Made by a program: the position numbers and the translations under genes
Source of the DNA: Syncephalis fuscata S228
Lineage: Eukaryota; Fungi; Zoopagomycota
Reading direction: 5' to 3'
Assembly: GCA_025786725.1 (NCBI GenBank)
Contig: JAHLTZ010000020.1
Location: 310,001 to 374,000 of the forward strand
Length of the DNA: 64,000 bases
Part shown: one piece after another, positions 26,909 to 39,520 of the stretch
How the letters are laid out: each line of letters begins with the position of its first letter
Numbering within the stretch: the stretch's first letter is position 1
Notes under the pieces: model-generated
The model's database searches: none
What the model was told of the DNA's origin: nothing
Seen by the model: the letters and a program-made list of their open reading frames with translations, nothing else

Positions 26909-27529
26909 CTAGACCATGGAGCATAGATAGTGTCGGTTCGGTTATTTATTCGCTAATATATACAGTATATAATATATATAGTGGTGTCTACTAATGCACA
27001 GACCACAGACCACAGACCGAACCGACACGATCTACTACACGTCGTCGTCTTCTTTCTTTAGTACTACTGTTATAGCCTACCTTCGTTTGCTTGGCTACCT
27101 GGAAATGCAGGCAATGCAGCCGGTCGGGCAAAGGACAATGTACCCGACCACATGCCCGAACAACGTCACCAAACCGCGTCCAAACTATAATAGGACTATG
27201 TCAAAGAGAGAGATAGTGGAGTGAAGCGCAGTTATGATAATAATAGTGGAGTGAAATGAAGTAGAAGTAGAAGTAGCAGTAACAACAATGGTGACGGTAG
27301 TTTAATAAAGAAATACTACTATCAAATACGTTGAAGAGGCAGTGTAGTTGTAGTAAGTAAGCAACAGTAGTAATAATAGAAAGAGAGATGGAATAAGTGA
27401 TAGGTGGAAAAACACGTTTATAGTAACCAACTCGATTGTCTCTTTCCATAATTGCTCATTTGTTACGTATACCTGTTGACAAATATAGTCTATAAATTAA
27501 TGTTGTTGTTATTTGTTATTTATTTGTTA

Positions 27530-30106
27530 TTAGTTAATGGCATAGAAGCCATTATCTCGACATCCTATTAATACAGTAATAGGCGGCTGTTTTTTCATCC
27601 GATTACTATTCGTGTTACTGTTATTGTATATACATATTGGTGAACTGAATACTTCACCAGGTAATGTTATCCATAGATACAGTGTTCCTGATTGACCATC
27701 TACAGCAAATAGACGTCCATCAGTACTGGCTATAATAGCACACCACTCCTCTTTAGATGCATTATTGCTAGAGCAGTGAGTTATTAGAAATGGTGATGCA
27801 TAGACGGGTGTACGAGTAGACTGTGTGGTGTTGTGTTCAGTCGTTGGAATAGTAGCTTGCCATATTAATGCACCGCTAGAAATAGAACAGCAGATTAAAG
27901 TACCAGCATGGCTACCAACTATAACATTATCGTGCCAGATACACGGTGAAGAGAATATAGGCCCATGGCTATTATATCTCCATAGCTATTAAATACATTA
28001 TTACTATTAATAGGATATAGCTATAGAATGTGTTACTTACAATACTGCCATCTTGTGAGGCAAAGCAATAAAGATAACCATTAGCACTGCCTATGAGTAT
28101 TCGTTGACCGTCTGTAGCAAGGGCGGGTGAAGAGAAAAATGGTACTTTGTTATGGTTACTATCTTTAATAGCCGTTTTCCAATTAACAGTCATAGTAGAA
28201 TAACCATGAGATTGGATATGATCAGCGTGAATAGCCCATAGTTCGCCACGTAAATTAGCCGTGATTACCATACTAATTAATCATCAGTTATTATTATATA
28301 GCTAATTATATATATATATATATATATATGAGTATCTACTTACCGATGCACTGTATCTATAATACAACTGGAGAATAGTGGACTATTACAATCAAGTTTC
28401 CCTTCAAGTTGACACTCTTCTACATCGGGACAAATACGTAAACAATAAAGATGGCCATCGTGAGATCCAAACCATATACAACCATTAACCAGGTCTACGC
28501 AAGGTGATGATTTAATCATCGATCCAGTCTTGTATCGATTAACAATATGTCCGGTCAGTGCTCGTATCACATAAAGACATTGATTGTAACAGCCTATAAC
28601 TGTTTATTAATATACTATAATTGAAAAGTAATGCCTACCTATGATAATATATTCTCCACTATGTGTTAGACATCCAGTCGATTCAATTCGATCAGGTAAT
28701 TCAATTTGCCAAATAATTGATCCTTGTTCTATATCAATGGCCATCAATAGACCAGCGTGTGATCCTATCCATGCTACACCTCTATACAATATAAGTGATT
28801 ACGTATAGTATGAGTAGCTACTTACTGTTGTTTTGATAAAGAGTAACGATAATAAGCCACAATAGGTGATGCGTCAATACACTTTTTTAAATCAATACGC
28901 CATTTAATAGAGTAGTTTGTTGAAAGTAATGCTGTAATAGATGGCCCACAAATACTAGATGTCCGTTGAATGATAGATTCTTTAATAAATAATGGTTTTT
29001 GTGTAGAATAATTATTGTTGATAGCGGTAGTAGTAATAGTAGTGTTGGAAGATGTATGTTTTTGATTTGTAGAAATAGCATCTTCAATGTTATCAGTATC
29101 ATTGTTACTATTGCTATTGTGCAGATAAAGTAGTTTATGGTAGGCTGCTGATATAAATGTTGATATCGGTTTATGTAATAATATATTCAACAATCTAATT
29201 ACAATGAATATAGTACGAACCATTTATAATCAGTACTTACTTTCGTTGTTGATCTACTTTATCGGTTATGACAGTACTCTGAGGTATCCATTGCTCTATT
29301 TAGTAAGCAATTAATATGTCAACATTAAAGCTACTGTTAATCTACTTACCCCACAATATGTGTATAATACGTACAGCTTCTATAGAAGTACCACCCATGG
29401 CAACATAATAATTATCGGTCGTATTTGTTGTTACCAAATCCTTTTTATGTTGTAAATGGCTTAGTAATTGTAGTACATGTTCTTGTATATTATGCAATGT
29501 AATTGGATGCTTATTTTGTGTATGACTTGTATTACTATACAATAGCTGATCTATTGATATAGATTGACGTAATTTAGTTGTATCCACCTTTCCATTAGCA
29601 GTAATGGGTAAAGTGGGAATAATAATATAATGGTCTGGTTGAGCATAAATACTTAGATTGATATTTGCTTTATTTGTATTCCCTGTAACAGTTCTACTAA
29701 TCTATTAGTTGAATGTGGACTTGTAATTATTGGTTTAATCGTATACCTAAATGAGATTGCACATCAGTGGATGTTTTAGTAGCAACAGAATCTAACTGTA
29801 TAAACGCTATTAGTCTTGATGTACCAGGGCTTTGTTCATTCTCAGTATTTGGTAAGGCTATTAAAAGCACGCTGATTATATATTTATATCATGTTAATTA
29901 GTTAATTAAATATATATATCAAATATTTCATTTAACTAACCGCATTGTTCAATAATAGGACAACAAACTAATAATTGTTGTTCTATTTCCTCCAACTGTA
30001 ATCGATGACCCCATCGCTTGACTTGTCGATCAATTCGTCCCTCATAGTAAATACATTGCGTGGCATTATCTTTACGTACAAGATCGCCTGTACCTCTTTG
30101 TCTTTA

Positions 30107-30143
<37 letters not shown>

Positions 30144-31683
30144 TGTTATAATAAATATAATATAGACTTCTTACTGGAGTGGTTCTAATTCATCGTTAAT
30201 TCTACAAACTCGATTCTTTTCCGTGCTTATAACAAGTTCACCAATTGTTTGTCCATCCATCTTGCTTTTGTTGTCGTCGATTTTACGAATTACTAGTATA
30301 ATTCCATCCAAGGGTGGGCCAATTGGCGTGCCAGTAGTTACTTCAACACTTAGATTGACTTTATGTAACGTGGCCCATATAGAACACTCAGTAGTGCCAT
30401 AGATATTCCAGAGCCGAGGAAGAGATATTAAATTATATCCCTCATCATTTATCTGCTGTTCTATCCGCCGTTTCTTGCTACTTGCTTTATTTGTTCTACC
30501 TGAATGATAATATCGAGTAGCTAGCCATTTTGTAGGAAATGCTTCACCGCCCAGTACAATATCAGTGATTGTGGTCGATTCTTCCTGTAGTGCTGCACTG
30601 ATAAATGATGCGTCAAGACTAGTAAATAGCGATGGTGTCATCATTAATAGAGTAACGCCAGTGTTTTGAATTACTGTAGTTAATCGATTAGGTGTACGAC
30701 GCATTAGCAAAGATATTATTATTAATCGCCCACCATTACAATTGTATTGTTGGTTATCATTAATATTTAAATATCCACCCAAAGCCAATCCTAATTCTAC
30801 ATAGGATGGATCAAAAGTAGGAGCTGAACTCCATAAAATAACCGGATTATCTTTAATACCTAATCGTTTACTATTTACACATAATAAGCATCAAATCATC
30901 TACTATATATACATATATATAATTTGCCATTTACCTTATACTATACAGATTGGCATCAAGTGCACAATAAGGCACCTGAACCGAAAGACCGCATCCTTGA
31001 CCGCCACGCGTAGTGCCAGATGTATGAGCAATATACGCTACATCATGTGCAAAATTGTTTACTGCCACTTTAGATACCGTCTGTTGTAGTTTGTCGCTTT
31101 TGTAATGATATACTATTGTATCATGAATAGCAACCATTGATGGTTGTGACCATTCATCTATAGTCTAATCATTTTGTAAATTAATACACATGGTTAATAT
31201 TATTTAATTTACCTTAGTAAATTCGCCAGTGTCACTAATAATATGACAAATCTCCCATCGGCCACATACAGCTTTTATGTTAGTAGCATTGACAGGAACA
31301 TAGATGGCTTTGACCATCCATAAACTAAACAATATTTTTGGATATTAATGTGTTTTGATAAATGTCATATATACATATTTACTTGCCCTAACATAATAGC
31401 AACTAATGCATAGGAGGAATCAAGCTGGACAGCCACTAAAGTGCCATGATCTATCTTTATTTTATTACGTATTAGCTATCATACTAATTATTGACGTAAT
31501 CATATATACATTGGCATGCTCAAAATAGGTGACCATAGACTGGGCATATTGTTTTAATTGTCCATATGTAATATTATAGGGCTCATATGACCCGGTAGTT
31601 GTATCTTTTATACATGTAAGTGCAATGTTATTCGGCAGTGCACTTGCACGATACAAAAAGGTTTCTAACAAACGAAAAGACAT
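27530..31683 (-). CDS. AASDH: AASDH/ACSF4-like NRPS-type enzyme: adenylation domain, carrier domain, PQQ-like beta-propeller (multi-exon)
   Basis: AYIAHTSGTT, TFDPSYVE, VLGGEAFP, WNIYGTTECSIWAT, TGDLV, GRIDRQVKRWGHR, PITANGKVD; carrier motif MGGTSIEAV; propeller KCIDASP, IGSHAG, LPDRIEST, IKSSP, FFSSP, LPGEVFSSP, IGCRDNG. Confidence 0.88.
30108..30142. repeat. (TTA)n microsatellite in an AASDH intron
   Basis: Directly visible tandem trinucleotides. Confidence 0.8.
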
Positions 31684-32408
31684 GATATAAACGAAAAAGA
31701 ATAAAAACAAATCCGGTTTTAGAAACAGCCATGGCTTGTTTTACTATTACGCCATATTTCAATTATGGCCATATGTAACACAGATGGATAGTGACTGTAC
31801 TATATGGAGCGTGCTGCAACAAAACCGAACAAAATGAGCGTTGGGCGGTCCAGTCGACAAGATCATGTCGCGTGTCGTCACGCACGGCTCTTTCCTCTTT
31901 CCGTTTCTCGTCTCATCCACCTTCACACACTGTCAGCTTCTGTCACCTCATCTCATCCTCATTCCTGTTAGTCTCTTCAATTCCACTAGTATGTTTGCTG
32001 CCGTTGGCTTCTTTCTATTAATTCTGCACAATGTCTTCCAAAGGACTAGGAATCGCACTGAAAGAGCGTCTCATGCCGTCTAAGGTAAGCTCTTCTTGAC
32101 AGCAATAGACACATCTTTTCTTCGCACCATACACATTCTATCTGCTTTGCACCTATTGTGACATCTGCAAGGCGTCAAAAAGGGAATTGTGAGCCATTTC
32201 ATGTCTCACATGCCTCTCTACCTGTCATTGCTGTCAGGCTGGCGCATCATGGGTCTACGCGGCTCTTGTCGTCCTCTCTCTTACTCGCTTTTTTTACTCG
32301 GCCTTTTCGTTCTTACTCTACCACTACCTGACCTCACTATTGCCGTAACCTTGTTTCTTTCTCTCTGTTGCAAGTCAAGATCGGCCAGTCTTAGCAGCAC
32401 CTGAAGTG

Positions 32409-34024
32409 ATGTCAGCCGTCTGGGTCAACTCCTTCAAGCTGCACCGAACAGTTCGGGCTTTACGGAGCTGGGCATTAGTAAAATCGTGAATCTTAATCAA
32501 AGCAATGATATTGCCGACCTCCGCCAAACATTATAACCGATGTCGCTTTCAAAAACAAGCTGGTGGGCATGGGCTTGTCCAAGCTTCGAGTTTACAACAA
32601 CGAAGAAGATGCTTCCAGCCAGAGAGAGCCTATTAAAGAAGACACTTCACTCTCGGAGCTCATTGAGGCCGGGAAGGGCGATAGGAAGAAGACTGCCTTG
32701 ATTGTTATAGCACCACCCAAGCCTGGTAGGTAGTTCTGCTCTAAAGACCAGCAGTCAATACGGCTTCTCCCTCTGCTATTCGCCCTTGCTTTACGTCTAA
32801 GTATGTAGTACTAATATTGTTTTTTCTGCCATTTTCAATGCATAGATGACGTCCATTCCGAAATCGTAGCATTACGCAGACAGTTGTCCGACATCTCTAA
32901 TTTGTCTATTAGTAAGTGAATACGTGACAGTGTGCTGCGTCAACGTCGTTGTTCACGTTCACTCATGCTGACATTATTTTTACATTCTTATAGATGTTAA
33001 AATTGTTGTTAAGCCAAACAGGAGGGTCGTGTGCGGATGGTCTACCATGATAGATACGGCGACTATAGGCAACTTGAAGAAGGTCCTTATTCCATATTTT
33101 CCTCAGTACGATCACGAGGATTATCTGGAGTTACTTTTCTACAAAACATACGCCGATAAGCCGGAAGCCATAGGCGATGACGAGGACCTGCGCAGAATAC
33201 TCAAAATTGCTAAGATACAATCCATGACCAAGCTAATCATTTCACTGAGTACTCCAACCAAGCCTTTTTCGGCATGGACATTCAAGGATGTTATTCTTGA
33301 GTATAACTTCTTAGGATCAGCTGATGATGGTATTTATATATTTTCCCTGTTTACCGATATCCAAGCTGCGCCGCTGAACTCTGATCTTGAAAAGAAGATG
33401 CTAGATCAGCTTATCAACGAGGTCGGATTAAGAGTAAACGTCTTGAGACTGTTTGGAGCAAACAAAGCAACAAAATCAATGGTAGTCGCTTCGTTTCTGG
33501 TTGCAGCGACAAACCTATTCAAAAAAGACCTGTACCTTGCATCCCAGCAAAACATTAGCGGGCGCCGAGGAAATGGACCATTGGATTTTTCGGTACATTC
33601 GCGAAAGACGCGTTCCGTCACTCTTGGCGTAACGCAAGTGAAGAAGGAAGATTTTCGACAGGGCATGGCTGAGAACATTGTGCAGCTAGAATCGGCCTTG
33701 ACAACAAAGAAACGCAGGTGCGAGACGTATGATATTGATGGAGCGGAAGAGCCACCAACAAAGATAAGGTCATACGGGATTATTACGGACGTAAACCAGT
33801 GGCTGTTGGCTGAATGTACGCTGAGTGAAGACGAAACAGTGTCGTACAGGATAACGCTGCTTGGGCGATCTATTATGTTCAATGGGGATTGGCAGGATGG
33901 TGTCAAATTTATTTTCGAGAGGCTTGTGTGGCTTTGGTCACGCATGCGGGATGAGATGCTGGCATGTGAACGCTACTTTAGTGAAATAGATTTTTTACCT
34001 AGCCGCAAGAGACCCGCTTTGTGA
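32409..34024 (+). CDS. Crinkler (CRN)-like protein: ubiquitin-like N-terminus, coiled coil, second Ubl/PB1-like domain, PD-(D/E)xK-type nuclease-like domain (3 exons, two frameshifts in exon 1)
   Basis: Repaired exon 1 reads MSAVWVQLL...DIADLRQ...NKLVGMGLSKLRVYNNEE...EPIKEDTSL...GDRKKTALIVIAP. Introns 32726-32845 and 32912-32993. C-terminal GRRGNGPLDF...LGVTQVKKEDFRQGMAENIVQLESAL...SYGIITD..QW. Confidence 0.7.
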
Positions 34025-34149
34025 TTGTTCACTGCCGCAACAGATTGCGTTTACACCGCAGCTATTACATTTCATCTACACATCGCACTACAACAGATTG
34101 TGCCTTCAACACATCCACTACGCTAATTGCAAATTAACATGTATAAAAC

Positions 34150-34360
34150 ACCTTGTAAATAAAATTCCATTGCTTTAAGCTATGGCTCGCACACTCTGTT
34201 CCATTTCGTATTGTATTCTTAAATATGAAATCAACAAACATACAAAAATATGCTATGTAAAAATTAGTACTAATAGTATTGAAATAGTAGTTAATATTGA
34301 ATAGCAGATACAAACTACTAATGAAACAGCTATAAAAAAGAAAACATGTCATTATGAATA
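34150..34360 (+). mobile_element. Degenerate fragment of the MULE 3' region
   Basis: ATACAAACTACTAATGAAACAGCTATAAAAAAGAAAACATGTCATT aligns with 36144-36192 of the transposase remnant. Confidence 0.6.
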
Positions 34361-34730
34361 ATAACATAATATGATGAAAATGTATAAATATGACAATATT
34401 TACTATCGATATATTTATACAAGATACTGATTGTAATATTATATGATGAAACTAAATAATGCAAAATGAATATCCAGCGTTAAGTAAAAGTATAAATGAA
34501 TACATTTATTTAATAGTAGACATTATATAGTGTACATTTGTAAATATATAAATTATACAACTATATAACTAGTTATGTTAATTAACCGACTATACTGCTA
34601 ATTACATTACTAAATATTTAGTACACATTGTAAAAAGTCCATACAAAATTATATACGATATATGAGCAAATACATAACTAACAAGTAATATAAATATGGA
34701 TATAAACAATTATTTAATGTAGTATAAAAT

Positions 34731-36285
34731 GGAAAATTAGAAAAATAGACGGTTGCTAATTTTAATTTTATTTAATAAATAAAATCTACCAAATGTCTAC
34801 CAACCTATTTAAAGAAACTATATTGAACAGTATTGAAGAACTGAGGGCCGCTATTGACAAGTTTAAGCTTGTTAACAGTTGCAATTTTAAGAGTAAAAAT
34901 AGTGATTCAACAAGATTACAGCTTATTTGTCCTCATAAAGGCCGTTCTAGCAGCAAATGTCAGTTTGTTTTGACTGCCAGAAAGCAGAAAACTGGCCTAG
35001 TAAAGATTGTTCAATGCAATCTTGAGCATTTTAATGGTTGTTTATATGATTCTGGTAATGATACTATTAAATCTATTATTAAATATATTACAAGTGGTGT
35101 CGCTATATTCTCAAATGTAAAATGACAGATGTACAAATAAAAGTATTAAGGTATGTACATATTTGATTATTTAATATGCGCTAACAATTGTAATAGCTTA
35201 ATAGATGCTATTATTTTTTAACTACAAAGCTTGTTCTGCCCTTAATTTAATAAAAAATATTATTAACAGCAATATTAGTTCTTTTTCATTTATTAAACAT
35301 TACCTTATCAAATTCAAACATTTTAATCCTGGCTCTGTTCAGCACTTGTTTGCAAAACCAGTCTGGTAATTTTGAAAGTGCGTTTTTATGTCCTTCACCA
35401 TCTATTAAAGCTTACTAGTATACTAATAAAGTACTAGTAAATGATGACTGCCATTTGAGATCTTCTTATGGCGGCACTGCTTTTACTGCAGTTGTCAAAG
35501 ATGGAAATAACAATATTTTTCCTTTGGCCGTTGCTATAGTATCTCATGAAAATAAAACAACTGGGTCTATTTTCTTAAATATTTAGCAGACTCAACACCT
35601 GAATCAAGTATTCACAAGCCCAAGGATTGTTAACTAACAATATCTATTAGTTGTATAAATCAACATTAACTGACGCTAATAATTATATAGGTGACGACTA
35701 TTTTGATACCAAATCTTAAGTTAAAAATACCAAGTCTGGTATTGACAGAACAATAGATTTAACTGCAAAAACCTGCACATGTGGATACTGGGAAGAGATG
35801 AAGTTTATTTGTAGTCATGTGGCAATAATTTTGGAAAATCTTAAGCTTTTATTAAATGATTTTATTGATAAATCTTACACCATTGATTATCTACACAAAT
35901 TATATGCTCTAGAAATTTGTCCGGTTGAAATAGAGTCAATTACTGCAGACATTTCGTGCTTGTCACCGATAATAACAAAGAAAGCCGGTAGACCAAGAGT
36001 TAAAAGAATTAGATGTTGTGGTGAAGCTTTGGAAGTCTCCCAGCAATATACTTGTCGCAATTGTAGCTTAACACAATACAAGAACATGCACTGTAAACAC
36101 TAGCATTAATAACATTGAAACAAGCATTTTTATTGAGGAACAAATACAAACTACTAGTGAAACGGCTATCAAGAAAAGAAAACGTGTCATTCAAGAATGT
36201 TTAATTTGTAGTGAACGTCATTATAAGAAAACGAAGTGTGGGGTAAATAAAGAATAATTTTATTTATTAAATCAATTTAATAATC
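34731..36285 (+). mobile_element. Decayed, internally deleted Mutator/MULE transposase element
   Basis: Left TIR GGAAAATTAGAAAAATAGACGG; MuDR-like N-terminal ORF 34793-35125; MULE motif DDCHLRSSYGGTAFTAVVKDGNNNIFPLAVAIVSHENK (about 35443-35560); SWIM finger CTCGYWEEMKFICSH; KKAGRPRVKRIR and CxxC knuckles; stops and frameshifts. Confidence 0.9.
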
Positions 36286-36331
36286 GATATTGAACTAAAG
36301 CAAATATCATAAGATTTGCACCACATTATTG

Positions 36332-39300
36332 CTACGCAAAGCAATTTGTGCTAAGTAGAGCCACTAAGGCAGCACCTATACATCCAGCCGATTCATGTGT
36401 AGGCACCAAGTAGATATTATTCACTGATTCAGCACCTATCAACTCCTGTAGTGCTTGATGTACCCGTGTACTGTAGTGCGGATAATGTCGAAACAGCAAC
36501 CCATCAACGACAATGGTTACCGACGCATAAGCATCGGTGACACTTGCTATAGAAGCAATACTCGATCGGTAGTGTGAATTGCGCGGTTCAGCTGACAAAC
36601 GCCACGGTATCGGTGCTGATTGCGAACGACTTGACGATGGATACGCTGGCCGTTTAGTGTAGGAAGCACGTGATCGCAATGGCTTCTCCTCGGGTGTAGT
36701 AACGGCGGTGGTGGCGGCAGTGATGCCACCAGGCAGTTGCGATAATGTAGGTGTTGCTACAAATGTCGCATGGCTACCCACTGAGCTTGTCGATATAGGT
36801 GGTGGTCTTTGGCCCTTCGCCCACCTTGGCTCGTTAGAGGAAGTAGGCAGCACCGCTGTCGATGACGATGATGTTGGCGGCGATAGCATATCAACAATAG
36901 CAGTTGTTGTCGCATTAACCATATTCTCGTTAGTATCGCTAGAGCCTGTATCCATTGTAATGACAGGCACCACAGCATCAAAATCAAATGAAGGCTGCAA
37001 ATCTTGTGGTGATGCCGTCCTTACATCTGATATAATTGAATTTAGTTCAGCTTTTGTTGGCTGTCCAAATAAATTAACTAGATGCCCTTTTGCTTCTGAT
37101 GTATTTGCATTACTAGGCTTTAATGTATTGTTTGTTGATGTATTTACTACCATAAGCTGTTTAAATGCACGGGCCAGTGAATCGGGTATAGCAGTGGGCG
37201 AATAGACGGTTGATGCAACTGGTGTTGCACCTTCTGATAGAGTCAGTTGCACTGTAGGCATATTAGTTGATGTCCATGTCCAGCTAGCCTTCGGTGAGCT
37301 AACTAGTGTGCGGCTGTCACCTAGTGTACTTGTTGTCAATGACATTTTCGCTTGTTCAGCACCAGATAAACTAGAATCCATTGAATATACACTAATCTCA
37401 TCAGCTGGCATTGTATCAGTCAGCGGTGTATCCATGCAAAGCCATTTATCGCTGTATAGTAAAGTATCGGCCGGCTGCTCATCAGCCAGTATATTTACAT
37501 CGTTTGTATCATCATTAATAATTATAGTTTCAGTAAATTCGTCCTCTTCGTTATCATATTTAACACTTGAATCATTATCATTTTTATCCGCATCAATTAT
37601 GTCGTATTTCCAGTCACTGCTACGAACAGTGGAAGGAGAAATGTAGGCTGAAGTAGTTCACTGGGAAGCCTTTTAGTGATACCATACCGGTACGGTGTAA
37701 TTGAGCCACAAGAGCTGCAATGGCTGCTGCGTGAAGACGGGCTGCTCGATTTGACACAAGTCGAGTAATTTGTTGTAGCAATAGACGGTCCACCACACAC
37801 ACATCCTTTGGATCAAGTCGAAATAATCGAGCCACCACATCACCCACATGAACTAGTTTATCTGTATTATCACTACAAAACAAATAAATTAAATGTTAAT
37901 CCACTGTAGTGTTCTTACCTTTCAATAGTAATAAGTTCATCAATGGTAAAAGCCACGGCAATATTGGGCAATGCCTCAATAAGCCGGCAAAACAACTCTC
38001 CATTAGAGATCAATGATGCCACAATACGGCCTACAATACGACCCAAATAAGCTGCACCGACCATACGCTCAAAAGTACGCTTGCCACTGCCCTTACTATC
38101 TTTATTTTGCAGTATAGAAAATGTTGAATTAGTCGACGCCGAACGCAAACTGTTAACTGAGTTGTAATAAACTGAGCCGGCGTTGGCTCGTCCCATGGTG
38201 TTAAGGGCACGCCTGTTAAATCTCCCCATTCGGTATTAACTACCGTAAGTTCAGGCGATGATCGCTCCCTCTTTTGGTCGCAGTCACGGTCATCGTTTAG
38301 CGATGCCAAATGAGCAAATCCATTAGTATGATATGCTGGCGAGAACGGAATCGACTGAAAGTAACTACGTTGCTGTTCTTGTTGTTGTCGTCGATGTTGT
38401 TCTTGCTGGTCGTGGCTAATGGCAAACGAATGATATGCTCCCAATGATACATCGACACGTGATGTGCGTTCTAAGTAAGCGGCATTGGTTCCTGATCCCA
38501 TGATGCAACTTGCCAAGCATGGTGCATTTAATAGATTGATATTCACCATATCATCATCCTCAAAGTCGGGATGTGGTAGAGAATAAGCACCAGCAATCAG
38601 ATTACTTACACTGTCATTAACAATGGCTACCACTTTAATTCCCAATCCCTGGTGTAATGAAACAAGTTAACGAATAGCAATAATAAACAGCCATTTACAT
38701 ACTCTATTGTCTAAGGCTTTTTGCAGCAATCGAACAACGTCTCTTCCTTCAACACCGGTAACAGAAAATTCCTTGCTCCAATGGACTAGTGTACCGTCAT
38801 CAAGTGCATTCTGACTAATAGATAGAGCTGTGTAAGTAAGGTAACACACGTTCATGCACCGAAAAAACCGGCAAAAAAGAAACTGGCTAGTTAAGTATGA
38901 CCTTGCTTTCTTCCATAGTCTGCGTGTCGTGCAGTCGGCCACGGACAACGCATGGATGGAAGGAGAGAAAGAAGAGAGAAAAGAAAAGGTGACTGCACTT
39001 ACTCGAGACGAAAACTCCAAGTCACTCCAAGATGCATACTGCTCAACATGAGCCCGCCCGACTCTCGCAATGCTTCGACGACGACATCGGCCAAAAAGTT
39101 GAAAAAGGTATCGGCATCGGCACTTTTAATAACTTCAGGAATGGCATGCTGCACTTGCTGCACTTCATGTAGACCGCCGCCAAAGAAGCTAACACACGCC
39201 ACATGAATTAGACTTGTACCTAGATCCATGGCTAGATAGGTGCCGGTTTCAGCGCCCGTCGGCAGCTGGTGCAAATGCGACGGACGTGCATCAAGCGACG

Positions 39301-39520
39301 AAGGCCGACCGGTAACTGCATCATTAAGTGTGCGTGCAAAGGTGTGGCAAACACGCAAGAGACGGGCATGTGGTACGTCGAGTACACGGCGTACACGGTC
39401 AACTGCCGCTCCAGCGTCAGCTTCAAGTGCCGCACGCATCGAAGGCGATGGCGACGGCGGGCAGCGAATCTCGCCTGCAAGCGAAGGATCAAAGACAGAT
39501 TTCCATAAGTATCGCAACAT
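36332..39520 (-). CDS. Divergent hexokinase-like protein with large Ser/Thr-rich insertion (4 exons, frameshifts near 38180 and 37670)
   Basis: LPTGAETGTYLAMDLGTS, LGVTWSFRL, WSKEFSVTGVEGRDVVRLLQKAL, VAIVNDSVSNL, IMGSGTNAAYLE, VVNTEWG, FERMVGAAYLG, RAARLHAAAIAAL, VDGLLFRHYP, SAGCIGAALVA. Confidence 0.85.
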
